DNA of 64,000 nucleotides from Zygnema circumcarinatum SAG 698-1b. Lineage: Eukaryota > Plantae > Zygnematophyceae. Location: NCBI GenBank assembly GCA_037447605.1, contig CM074823.1, positions 1,178,001 through 1,242,000 of the forward strand, in the 5' to 3' direction. Positions 1-11,284 of this stretch are shown one piece after another. Made by a program: the position numbers and the translations under genes. Position 1 is the stretch's first letter; each line of letters starts with the position of its first letter. The notes beneath the pieces were generated by a model. The model did not search any database and was not told the origin of the DNA. It worked only from the letters and a program-made list of their open reading frames with translations.

Positions 1-516
1 GTTTAGGGTTTCGGGTTTAGGGTTTAGGGTTTAGGCCTTATGCTCGAGGCTCTAGGCCCTAGGCCCTAGGGTTTAGGCCCTAGGTTTTAGGATTCAGGGA
101 TTAGGGTTTAGGCTCTAGGATTTATTGTTTAGGGTTTATGCTCGAGGCTCTAGGCCCAAGGCGCTAGGGTTTAGGGTTTAAAGTCTAGGTTTTTTGCTCG
201 AGGCTCTAGGGCGTAGGGTCTAGGCCTTAGACCCTAGGGTTTAGGGTTTAGGGTTAGGGTCTAGGCTTTTTGCTCGAGACCCTAGGGCCTAGGGTCGAGG
301 GTTCAGGGTCTAAGCTCTAAGCTCGAGGCTCTATGCTCTAAGCGCTATATTTCGTGTTCAGGGTTCAGGGTTTAGGGTTTAGGCCTTGGAATGGTTGGAG
401 GGGTTTTTGAGTTCGTTGGGGAATTGGGTCTCCGGGATCTCTTGGGGGTTTGAACCGTTTTTTGAAGGTGCGGGGCTGTGCGCGGGTTTAGGGTTTAGGG
501 TTTAGGGTTTAGGGTT
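1..516 (+). repeat. Degenerate plant-type telomere-like array (TTTAGGG)n with interspersed variant units
   Basis: Many TTTAGGG units at 1-33, 235-260, 375-385 and 484-516, mixed with CTAGG variants and a recurring GCTCGAG(G/A)C(T/C)CTA(G/T)G unit. The G-rich strand is on +. Confidence 0.85.
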
Positions 517-679
517 TTGGTGGGCCCATGAGAGGGCTCTGGGCTCGGCTGGTTTGTACCATATCTGAAACTTGTAAATTTATAAAAAAGAAAAACGAAA
601 AAATAAAAAAGGGTCATTTTTTCATGAGTTCGCGGCTGACAACGCTCATTTTGGACGAATTCAAGAACGACGACAATGA

Positions 680-1175
680 CAATGATGTTGAAGGTGTTCC
701 AACCATTGGACAACCAACCAACAGTTGGGTGGGTCGCAAATCAATGGTTGCCAGTGGTTGGTCACGTCGCAAATCAATGGTTGCAACAATTGCCAATGGT
801 TGATTGGGTCGCAAATCAATGGTTGCAACCATTCCAATGGTTGGGTGGGTCGCATATCAATGGTTACAACCATTACCAATTGTCGGGTGGGTCGTAAATC
901 AATGGTTGCAACCATTGCCAATAGTTGGGTGGGTCGCAAATCAATGGTTAAAACCATTGCCAATGGTTGGCTACGTCGCTAATCAATCAATTGTTGCAAC
1001 CATTGCCAATGGTTGAGTGGGTCGAAAATCAGTTGCAACCATTGCCAATGGTTGACTGCGTCGCGAATCAATCAATGGTTGCAGCCATTGCCAATGGTTG
1101 GTTTTGTGGCAAATCAATGGTTGCAACCATTGCCAATGGTTGGCTGCGTCGTGTTTGTAACAACGTACAGTACTG
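680..1175 (+). repeat. ~42-bp palindromic minisatellite (left arm of a foldback-like structure)
   Basis: Tandem units close to GGGTGGGTCGCAAATCAATGGTTGCAACCATTGCCAATGGTT, containing the overlapping palindromes CAATGGTTGCAACCATTG and AACCATTG-C-CAATGGTT. Confidence 0.85.
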
Positions 1176-1187
1176 AACAAATTTATA

Positions 1188-2060
1188 CAGTAGGGGGTCC
1201 TCATATTTTCCACCCTGGTTCCGGCCAATATGAGGCGAAAATATTAATTTTGCATATATAAGGTTCGTGTTACGAATAGACGGGCGGTATTATGTTAGAT
1301 TTCATGTTAGACCGTACGTATCGTACCGTACCATATCGTACCGTATCGTGCTGTATCTTTTAGCATCGTATCGTATCGTGACATATCGTGACGCATAAGC
1401 GTAGTTTTAAGGACTATGCTGTTCGTCTCATTGATGATGCTATAATTATCAATAGTGGAAGAGCACACCCATGATAAAATAAATGAGTGAGTTAATATTA
1501 GGCTGGGGGTTGACGGGCTTCCACGGCAATGAAACAAAACTGGGTGCCTTGTGCGACTGAGAAGACGCTCAATACCCAAACACCTCTTGAAGTCAATATG
1601 CTTGCTTGTAGATGGTTCACCTCAATTAGTGTGGACGGATGTAACAAAGAATTAACAACTGACGAATAACCCCTCAGTCGTGTGCGGAAATCGCCCAGTC
1701 TGCGGTACGTTGGTTGGATGACGACAGTCATCCTCGCCCCTATATAGTACCGTATCGGGGAGTTTCGTGTCGTATCGACCATATCGTATCGTATCGTATC
1801 GTATCGTATCGTATCGTATCGTATCGTATCGTATCGTATCGAATCGAAGTCAAGAAGACGGGGAGAAGAGCGAGCGCCTCTTACGGCGGCACGAGCGGGG
1901 AGATTAGGTGCGTTTTGCGTAAGCCCGTAACGGCTAGTACAGATAGTACGGACAAAACGGCAAGTACGTGACAGTACGGATAGTACGGCTAACACAAGTT
2001 ACAGTACAAAAAGGTGGTTTCGGCAAAATCGGGGCGAAAATATTAGAGAACGCACTCTTA
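1188..2060 (+). mobile_element. Tc1/mariner-like MITE copy 1 (decayed right end, ~340-bp internal insertion)
   Basis: TA|CAGTAGGGGGTCCTCATATTTTCCACCCTGG terminus at 1188. Positions 1188-1400 and 1740-2050 are the reverse complement of the TIR element at 14641-15151. Contains (ATCGT)n at ~1770-1840. Confidence 0.7.
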
Positions 2061-2409
2061 GGTGGTAGTCAAGGACTTTTCAGTCGAACCTCAAGGTATA
2101 TAATACGGATCTCTNNNNNNNNNNNNNNNNNNNNNNNNNNNNNNNNNNNNNNNNNNNNNNNNNNNNNNNNNNNNNNNNNNNNNNNNNNNNNNNNNNNNNN
2201 NNNNNNNNNNNNNNTCGGAGGTCCCATGTTGACCAACTATTATGAGTGCCAGTCCGATTCCAAATCGACGGTAGAAGAACCTTCTGAGAGAAGGAATTGT
2301 TCAAGTCCGTACAGACTTTTCATGACTGTACAAGTTGGTACACTACAGTACAGTACAGTACTTTGTCCACACGCTTTGTACAATAGTACGGAACCAATCT
2401 TAAAGTGTC

Positions 2410-2670
2410 TACTGTACCGTACGGTAGTACAAACGTGACGCAGCCAATTATTGGCAATGGCTACAACCATAGATTCGCGACGCAGCCCACCATTGGCAAT
2501 GATTGCAACCATTGATTCGTGACTCACCCAACCATTGCCAACAATTGATTCGTGACCCACCCAACCATTGGCAACCGTTGATTTGCGACCCACCCAGCCA
2601 TTGGTTGTTTGTCCAATGGTTGCCGATCCCTTCAATGGTCCGCCCTATGCAACACCTTCAACAACAATGT
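2410..2670 (-). repeat. Inverted copy of the 42-bp minisatellite arm (right arm)
   Basis: The reverse complement matches 680-720 (TTGAAGGTGTT...AACCATTGGAC), the repeat units, and 1141-1170 (TGGCTGCGTC..TTTGTA). Confidence 0.8.
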
Positions 2671-2919
2671 CTGGACTGCCAGCTGGTTGAAGGAGCTTGC
2701 GCGGCCTGTGATTGGTTGCGAGTGTTGATGTATGAGGTACATCAAGGTGTTGGTACTTAGTTCCTAGCATGAATGTTGTCCGGGAGATCAATGTGCTGGT
2801 ATAGGGACAATGTCATGCATGAATGGTCATGTTCGTCGTAGGACCGAACATGGGGGGTGCCCGTATCATTAGGGCATGGTACGGCAGGTCTAGGGTCGTT
2901 GATTTGCGGCTTTGACTTA

Positions 2920-5669
2920 GGGCCAGTTTCCATCAGCCCGTTATTCCGACGTGGCGTCGTAATGGACGACGACCCATGGGTTCCATGAGGCCGTTTCCAC
3001 CAACGTGGCGCCGACGTGGCTGCCACGTGGTAACGAGGCACCGTTCCACAGGATGCTGCTCCGGAGGTGGTGTAACGCCATTACGACCATTCGCGTGCCA
3101 CCACGTGGCTACCAAAGATACGCCAGCGTGCGACTGCCACGTTGGCTGGAAGCCGTCAACGCTCGGTGACCGCCGGTCGTGGTCGCAGGTCGCTTCAGCG
3201 CCGAGGAAACTTCCGAAGGTGCAGCCATGGCTGTCAACTTATCTGGAAAACCACGAGAAGAAGCCCGAGTGCCTGCGAACGGACAACGGGCGTTTCATGA
3301 GTCAGTCAGCCAAAGGGCGTAGAAGCTCGTTGCAGGAGGGAGGGCTGCAGAGTTAAGCTCTGGCACTTAACCCTAGAATAGGGATGATAATGGGGCCTCT
3401 TCCCATTCTCGCCTTAGGACAGTTTGAGACGGCTCCATGCCGGAAGGGGGGTGCGCCCCTTTACTTCGTGCCGATGGAGATTTTTTGTTAGAGTGGGAGT
3501 GGAGGGAGATCACCTATGAAGGTCTAACGGTTGTGTCGCTGCTACTCCGCGCTTTAGAAGCAATTGATTAGGGTTGTAATTATTATTATTCTTTTTGTTT
3601 AATTAATTTGAGTACGTGATTGGCAATTTTTCACTTTCAGATTTTTGCTTCCATTCTCTTGGATGGCTTTTTCTAATGCATACTGCTTTGGAGAGGAAAA
3701 AACGAATTGGAGTGGCTGTGGGCGGCAACTAAAAGCCACTTGGCTAAAAAATGAGGAAAATAAAGGGAAAGAAGAGAAAGATTGAGGAAGTGTAGAGAAA
3801 ATAGAGGTGCATGTAAACCATTGCCTCTTTTTGTTTTTGTTTTTCGAAATGATTTTTTCGCTTTATCTTTTGCTGCATTTTTGTCTCTTTAAAAGGCTTT
3901 GTACCGGTAGAATAAGCATGTAGCCAATTTTTCCAGGGTCAGTATGTAATTCGCAAGAAGCAAGTAAAGCAAGCAAATAAAGAAGCAAGAAGCAAGCAGC
4001 GCATGTTGCCAGCGAGCCAGCAGCGTTAGCCAGCCAGCCGGCCAGGAAGCCGGGCCGGCCGTGGCCGGGCCGTAGCCGGGCCGGCCAGAAGCCGTAGCCG
4101 GGCCGGCCGTGAGCCAGGCCGTAAGCCAGTTCCGGCCGGCTCGGCCGGGGCCGTAAGCCAGAAGCCGAAGCCAGAAGCCAAAGCCAGGCCGGGCCAGAAG
4201 CCAGAAGCCGGCCGTAGCCGAAGCCGTAGCCGGCCGTGGCCGGCCGGGCCGTAAGCCAGAAGCCAGAAGCTGAAGCCAGAAGCCAGAAGCCAGAAGCCAG
4301 AAGGCCAGAAGCCAGAAGCCAGAAGCCAGCCAGAAGCCAGAAGCCAGGAAGCCAGAAGCCAGAAGCCAGAAGCCAGAAGCCAGAAGCCAGAAGCCGAAGC
4401 CAGAAGCCAGAAGCCAGAAGCCAGAAGCCAGAAGCCAGAAGCCAGAAGCCAGGAAGCCAGAAGCCAGAAGCCAGAAGCCAGAAGCCAGGAAGCCAGAAGC
4501 CAGAAGCCAGGAAGCCAGAAGCCAGAAGCCAGAAGCCAGAAGCCAGAAGCCAGAAGCCAGAAGCCAGAAGCCAGAAGCCAGAAGCCAGAAGCCAGAAGCC
4601 AGAAGCCAGAAGCCAGAAGCCAGAAGCCAGAAGCCAGAAGCCAGAAGCCAGAAGCCAGAAGCCAGAAGCCAGAAGCCAGAAGCCAGAAGCCAGAAGCCAG
4701 AAGTCTATGGCGGAAACACGACCAATCAGACAAAGCTGAGCTTTGAAACATTCCTGACAGCAGCTAGACTCTTTCTGGCTCTAGCTCTACTTTTCAAGAT
4801 TAATGTATCAACTGTGCAGTAATGTGCCTTGATGCGGAATTAGCAAAAAATGGAGCTCAGTGTCTGCAAGCACGTAATTACTTTCGAATGCAGCCCCTGA
4901 ACGTTCTCAAGGTGCAGGTGCAGGAATGGATTGAGCACTTAGTGGCGTCGGGGGACAAAACAGACTTCCCTCGAAATGTATATTTTCTCTCACAGTCGCG
5001 AATGGGGGCCATACACAATTGTGGTTTGTAATGCTTTAGCTCACCCGTTCAACATACATATCCTCTCAATTTCTCAGTAATGGATTCAGCTGAACTTAAT
5101 CTTCATGCTCTTTGTTGGAAACAATTCAGAAGTTGTTCCATGTGTACCTGCTGTTGAGAAAGTACATCACCGAGCACAAGATGGCTTACGAACGAGAGTG
5201 GCCAATTGCTGGTGTGCAGATTATGAAGGCACCAGCATTAGTGGAGCATTAGTGGAGCACCAGCAACAAGAGGGCTCTTCGATCCATACTGTTGCCGGAG
5301 AGTGTTGCTAGTACTACCAAACCTGGGAGAAGACGACGCAGAAAGGGAACGGAAGCCTCCGGCCGTGGAATTGCGAGGCAAACGCCGCGAATGACGTTGC
5401 CGCGAAAGGTAGGGAAGAGGGGGAGAAGGGAGGGGGAGGTGGCGGCTGCAGTGGCGGCGTCCGTCGCCTCCTGCAAACCCTAAAAAATTGTCGACGGTGA
5501 CGCGCGTACGGTAACCGCGGTGGGCCACGGCGGACGCTTCAAATCGTGCACGTGGCGATCGCTGATTGGAAAACGGCGTTTTGATGGAACTCGTCATTTT
5601 ATCTGCAAAACGACGTCCTACGTGGACCGTAATGAGCTCGTTACGAAACGGGCTGATGGAGACTGGCCC
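2920..5669. mobile_element. Non-autonomous PIF/Harbinger-like DNA transposon
   Basis: 23-bp TIRs, GGGCCAGTTTCCATCAGCCCGTT versus the reverse complement of 5647-5669 (one mismatch), flanked by a TTA direct repeat at 2917-2919 and 5670-5672. No intact transposase seen. Confidence 0.8.
4020..4703 (+). repeat. Heptamer satellite (AGCCAGA)n with a degenerate GCCGGCC-rich left part
   Basis: Near-perfect AGCCAGA tandem from ~4255 to 4703. The LLASGFW and SQKPEAR ORFs are translations of this repeat. Confidence 0.95.
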
Positions 5670-5672
5670 TTA

Positions 5673-6007
5673 GGGTGGGGTTCCATCAGCCCGTTATTCC
5701 GACGTGGCATCGTAATGGACGACGACCCATGGGTTCCATGACGCCGTTTCCGCCGACGTGGCGCCGACGTGGCGCCACGTGGTAACGAGGCACCGTTCCA
5801 CAGGATGCTGCTCCGGAGGTGGTGTAACGCCATTACGACCATTCGCCGCGGCCGCCACGCGGGCTACCGGCGATCCGGGCCAAATATGGCGCATCGCCAC
5901 GCCGCCACGCGTGCTTCGCATGGAACTCTGCTGCTCCATCTGAAAAACGGTAGACCTACTGGACCGTGAATAAGCTCGCTACGCAAACGTTTACGGAAAC
6001 TCCACGC
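5673..6007. mobile_element. Harbinger-like MITE, a deletion derivative of the 2920-5669 family
   Basis: Begins right after the TTA. Positions 5681-5850 are nearly identical to 2929-3100, and 5950-5990 resemble the subterminal 5612-5650. The right TIR is degenerate. Confidence 0.6.
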
Positions 6008-9000
6008 TGAAAAGCGCCGCGAGTGCGCGGTTCGATTACGCGCCAGCGCCATACGAGAGCAAGTTGCGCGCCAAAACGGCAGCCGGAATGTCGGCGGCGA
6101 CCAAGACGCTTACGTGGACCACTACGGAGCGGGTCCGCCGCTCGAGCTGCATTCGAATGGCCTACGCTAAGAATGCCGAAAATGGGCGTAAACCAAGAAC
6201 ATCGGTATGAATGGAACAACGCGAACTAGGTCGGTGCCGCCGTAGGTTTACGAGGCCGCTAGCTGGTCACTGTTCCTGAGTGCGCCCACTCAGCCGTGCA
6301 AGGGCCGGCCGTGACGTGACAATTATGTCACGTCACATCGCCATGGTGTTCAAGAGGGAGCAAGCTTGGCTCTCTTATTACTAACTCAAACTCGCTCAAC
6401 TCTCTCTGAATGTAGTGCTGCACTGTCGTTGGTTTTTTAGGAATAGCAATCAGAGGCTGAGGCGTAGAGGAGTCCAGCCTTGTGTATGAAGGTCGTGAAG
6501 GAACTAGCTCTCATCCTGCTAAGCTTTAGTGAAAGAGTTAGATGATGTGTCTCATGTACGAACGCTACAGCTTCACCGGCGCTAATACGCCGCTATTCAC
6601 TCGAGATCTCCGTGACGGGTTTGTCCGCACGCATCGTCAGTTCGTCGAGATCGGACTGCCGAGACCTATTATACTAGGACTCGCTACAGACGGACGCCAA
6701 GGCCGCTTTTCACAGCGCCGCAGCGTTGCGCCTGGCCGCACGCATGTGCGCTGCCAGACGCGCGCTGCCGATATGACGACGCCAACTCGCTGACGGCTCC
6801 GGCCGAAGGCCGACAGTACGCGGTATCCGGCCACGGGTTACCAGCCACGCCGCTGCTCCTCGCAGCCCCGCCTCGTCCTCGATGTTGGTAGAGGGTTCGA
6901 CGGGGAAGCGATGGGCGGGGCTTAATGTAACGCGATTCAACCCTAAACCGGCCGCCTTTCCACCTCTACCGCGACACTCGCCCACCAGTCCCCCGACCTC
7001 GCTATATCGTATCGCAGCCATTTTTCTGATCTACGGCCGCCACCGCCTCCCACCATGGTCACCACGCGCGCACGGGGAGCTGGGGAGCCGGCACCGTCAG
7101 ACACACCGCCGGTTCCCCTTCCTCCCCCACCTCCCCCACCGGCACCCGCTTACCTTGCCGTGGGCGAGGCCTCAGGGGAGCATGTTCCACCGGTCGGGGC
7201 TCCGGTCACCGCGACCTCGGCCGCGCGGGCCCTGTCGGCAGAACCAAACCTTTGGGAGGACCACCCGGAGGACCCTCCTCAGCACGGTGATCTCGGTCAG
7301 CCTCGCTGACACTTATGGATTCACCCCCGCGATCGAGAGCTGAACGTCGTCTCGCCGTCGTCAGCTTCTCAAGATGAGCGTGCCGAATCGCCTGAACTAC
7401 ATCACCTGGAGCTCCTCTTATGACGGTCCGACGGAGAACCGACGCCTTCAGAGGACTTCCGAGACGACTCACCGCCGACTACGGAGGTCCCAAGCGGGAC
7501 ATCGTGGAGACTAGAGGTCACCTCCTAACCCGTGAGTGAGCTCGGTCCTCCGCCGGGGTCCACTCGGGTGCTACCTTCAGGAACTCCGCGTCGGGTGGGT
7601 ACCCTCCTCCCCGCCTTTCCGGCCTGCCCCGTGTATCGTCGAAGTAATTCCACCTGCCCTACAAAAGTGTGGGCTCGCGATATCCGATGGGGTTATCTCA
7701 GGGGGGATATTCCCACCGGGATACACCGCGGGGACGGGCCTCGCGGGCCTTGATCCCGCAGCGATGGCGCCTACCCTTGATCAGTTTATGCTATCACGCT
7801 TGCTGTCCCACCCATTCCTATTGTGGGTGAGCGACCAGCTAACATCAGCCTGCTTGGAGCAAAAGGGGTCACTTTAGCCGTAGGGTTACCTTTACGCACT
7901 GCCCAACGGAGATGCGAACTACGCTGCACTCTCTCCTCGCGGACAGGCTTCTCGCCGTTCTAACCTTCGGCCAGTATCAACTAGCTTGCCTCGCTTTGAA
8001 ACCGAGATGAACAAGCACTTTGGCGGCTAGACCCCGCCTTGGAGGGTCGCTTCTGGCACGCCACTGGTGCGTACAGCAACAGGCTCCAGTTCCTCACACT
8101 GCCGAGACACGGTAAGTTCACGACACTGCGACACTCCTCCCGGTGTTGAACGCTCTACAGTCGGCGGGGTTGAAAAACCTCACATTGCTAACCAACCGCT
8201 GCTCAACCCCGCTACTTCTGGGCTCTGGGTGGCCGCGGACGCAGATTCAAGCGAGGCGGCCGCCAGAACGCGACGCTGCTGACCGTGAGCGCCGACCCGT
8301 GGCGTGGACTTGGTCCTCGCACTTCTGGTCTAACCGCTTCTGCTGAGACCCCACCTTCGAGCCCCAAGGCTGGCAGCTCCAAGCGCCTTTGGGAAAACTA
8401 ACTCAGCCCTTGGCGCGAAGTCCTCAAGTTGACGCCCCAAGAAGCGACAGGTTTAAGAGAAGGAGGGCCGAGCACTGCTACGCATAAAGGGGCATCTGCT
8501 CGTGATCGGCCCTAAGGGTCAAGAAGCCCCCGCCCGAAGTGGACCTCCACCTCGCCTTCCAGAGGTTAAGCCGCAGTGGTGGGTAGGGGGAGAATGGTTG
8601 TTGAGCCGCTAAAGCGTAGGGATTTTGTTGAACCCTTTTCCAGTGATTTATTGAATATTATGGGCCGACAGCCCCTTGCATCAGATATTTTCGTCTTGCA
8701 TTGCCCGGAATATCTGAATGACTATTTGTTCTCCACCACGACCTCTCGCGAGTTTTCGCTGGCGCGAATGGATGGTTTCGCTGACCTGATTCTCGAATCT
8801 CACCGGAGCTACCGACTGCTTGATAGTGTTCCCCGATGCCTTCCTATTCGGGTATTTCTTCCATGTTTCCTCGTGGTTCCGCTGTGCACGCCTTGCCCAA
8901 CACGCCCCCATCACTTGCTTCCTCGCCACGCCCATTGGAAGGTGGTACGGATTTGGCTGAGGGGTCACCCGGCCGGTGCGCCGGGACGACTCGTGCCACA

Positions 9001-9829
9001 TCACCTCTTGCACGCCTGCCTTCGCCCTTACGCACGGCGCCCCGCCAAGGCTGGTCAGACTCTCGCATCCATGTTTCAAATGATCCCACCGCGCTGGGCG
9101 ACCTTTTCGGGTTGTGGATAGACTCACATCGCCTTTATTCGATTCCAGCCGACGATAATTTTTCGAACTCTTCGCTTGTTAAGATGGCCGGCCTGGTTCT
9201 TGCGGCATCGCCTCCGACATACCACGCTCGCGATGGTCGTAGCGTGACACATCCTCGGTTATGCGGACTACCGACATAATCTAATCGCTTTCTCCGGGCA
9301 GACCAATGCTTGGTCACAATTACCCGGCATTGACTTGATTTTAGGCAGTCATTGGCTGCAGTCCGTCCGGGCCATGATGGATTTTGCAGTTCCAAACTGC
9401 GTGGTTCGCAGTGGCGCTCGGCCGGTCACCTTACTACCGGGTATGCCCACGGTTGTTCCCCCCCTCCATCCAGATGCGGCGCACTTGTGCTCCGCCATGC
9501 AGGTGGCGAAAGCCGTGAAAACGGGTTGTGTACTTTTCTATGTGCACCTCGCCGATGAAATCGAACTGCTTATGACGGTGACCAGAGTGGTTACCCACCG
9601 CCAGAGTCGTTACCACCGCATTCACCGGGCGATCCAATCTTACTTAATCCACTTCAGACATTTTCCCAGAGGACCTCCCCTCACTCTGGCCGCCTCTCAA
9701 GGGCGGGGCAGCCTATTCCCTTGAGCTCGAAAGTGTAAAACCACTCTTGGGCAATTACCCATCGCATTGAGCCCCAAGAGACCAAGAAATGCGTAGCCAC
9801 CGGTCAATCTGCTCCAAAGCGTTGATTGA

Positions 9830-10630
9830 GCCTGGCCGCAGCCCCTTTGGGGCCCCATCCTGTTTGTGGGAAAGAAAGACGTTCCTGCTTAATGTGCATT
9901 GACTATCGGCCCTTAATAAAATCACGACAAAGAATCGTTATGTTTACCTCGACCAGATGATTTATTAGACCGCTGCATGGGGCTGCACTTTCACTTCGGG
10001 CCGATCTGGCCCGTGGCTACCATCGCATCCGGTCACGGATGCCGACGCATCAAAGACTGGCGCCGTGACGCATATTGGTCATTTCAAAGACAAGGTACTG
10101 CCCTTTGGGTTGACAAATGCACCGGCAACCTTTCAGTCTGTGATGAACGAGATGTTCTCCGGCATGGACGATTACGTTTTGGTCTACCTCGATGACATTC
10201 TGGTTTTCAGCAAATCAGAACAGGACCACTTAACCCACGTTCGCAATGTGTTGTCAGTCTTACGCCAGCACACATTTTATGCGAAACGCAAGAAATGTCA
10301 GTTCATGCAGCGCGAGTTGCTCTACCTTGGACATATCCTTGGAGCGGACGGCCTCAAGCCTGACCCGGGCAAAATTGCGGCGGTTGCCACTTGGGCTGTT
10401 CCTAAGGACCTGCATCAGTTGCGTTCCTTCTTGGGCTTTGCGAATTATTTCCGTAAATTCATTCAAGGATTTAGTAAGCTAGTTACTCCACTTACAGATC
10501 TCACAAAATCTGGAGTTCGCTACACCTGGACAGATGAATGTCAGGTGGCGTTTGAGGGGACCAAACACGCCCTCATCACCGCACCTACGTTGGTGTTGGC
10601 AGACCCTACCAAACCCTATGAGGTGGTTTA
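9830..10630 (+). pseudogene. Gypsy reverse transcriptase, frameshifted; best preserved part is ORF 10065-10630
   Basis: The translation contains VLPFGLTNAPATFQSVMN, VLVYLDDILVFS, KCQF, YLGH, LRSFLGFANYFRKFI and TAPTLVLADPTKPYEV. Confidence 0.95.
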
Positions 10631-11284
10631 TGGCGCTGCCCGTGACTTGGCGCCGCCCTGCCAGAGGGCTAACCCCGCTTATGAAAGTTTCAAGATGAAC
10701 CCAGCCGAATCTAAAACTATTCCAAGAATCGAAAGGTGAATCGCCGCAGAGTCGTTTCACGCTTCTTTGAGGACATGGCGCTAGCATTTGAGGGGCGAAG
10801 CCGCCACGCTGGTCACGCACTCACCGCCTTGACCTTCCTCTCCTCCCAACAAACACTATCTAGGGCGCAGTCTGCTGTCCGAAGTTCCGTGAGATTTGAC
10901 CGCCAATGGGTTTATATCGCCGTGCAGGCTGGGCCAATGTGGCCGCATCCGCTGAAGGGCATGCCCGGGCCATCTTGCCCGATGGTGCGCCACGACCCGA
11001 AAAGCCGAGGAACAGCTGTCGGTGAAGGTGGGCCGCCAACTCACCTTCTTCCTAACGGTTCAGCCAGATACCGCAACCAAATAGCCATTTGCCGACCCCC
11101 CACCCTCTCTCCTCTCGATCTTAGACAGATGTGGGATTCTTATGGGTTATGTCAGGATCCTATGTTCTTGGATCTGCCGGTAGTGGCTATAAGGACAAAG
11201 TGCCGCGCCCACGTGACCAAGTTTTGGTACCGCCGACAGCGCTAGTCGCATCTGGGCAAGGAACAAGACTGCCAGCCTCATTCT

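Larger units (their letters stand above)
2723..6560. mobile_element. Interrupted LTR of the same family as the solo LTR at 11720-13208
   Basis: Starts TGTTGATGTATGAGGTACATCAAGGTGTTGGTACTTAGTTCC, like 11720. Positions 2723-2915 match 11720-11920 and 6355-6550 match 12495-12665. Harbinger-like elements are inserted in between. Confidence 0.7.

Noticed and set aside
680-1175. CRISPR-like array of palindromic repeats
   Set aside because: Units are directly abutting and degenerate, with no unique spacers, no cas genes and a eukaryotic context.
4026-4751. ORFs encoding LLASGFW / SQKPEAR repeat proteins
   Set aside because: They are translations of a 7-bp satellite that lacks stop codons in these frames; no unique coding sequence.
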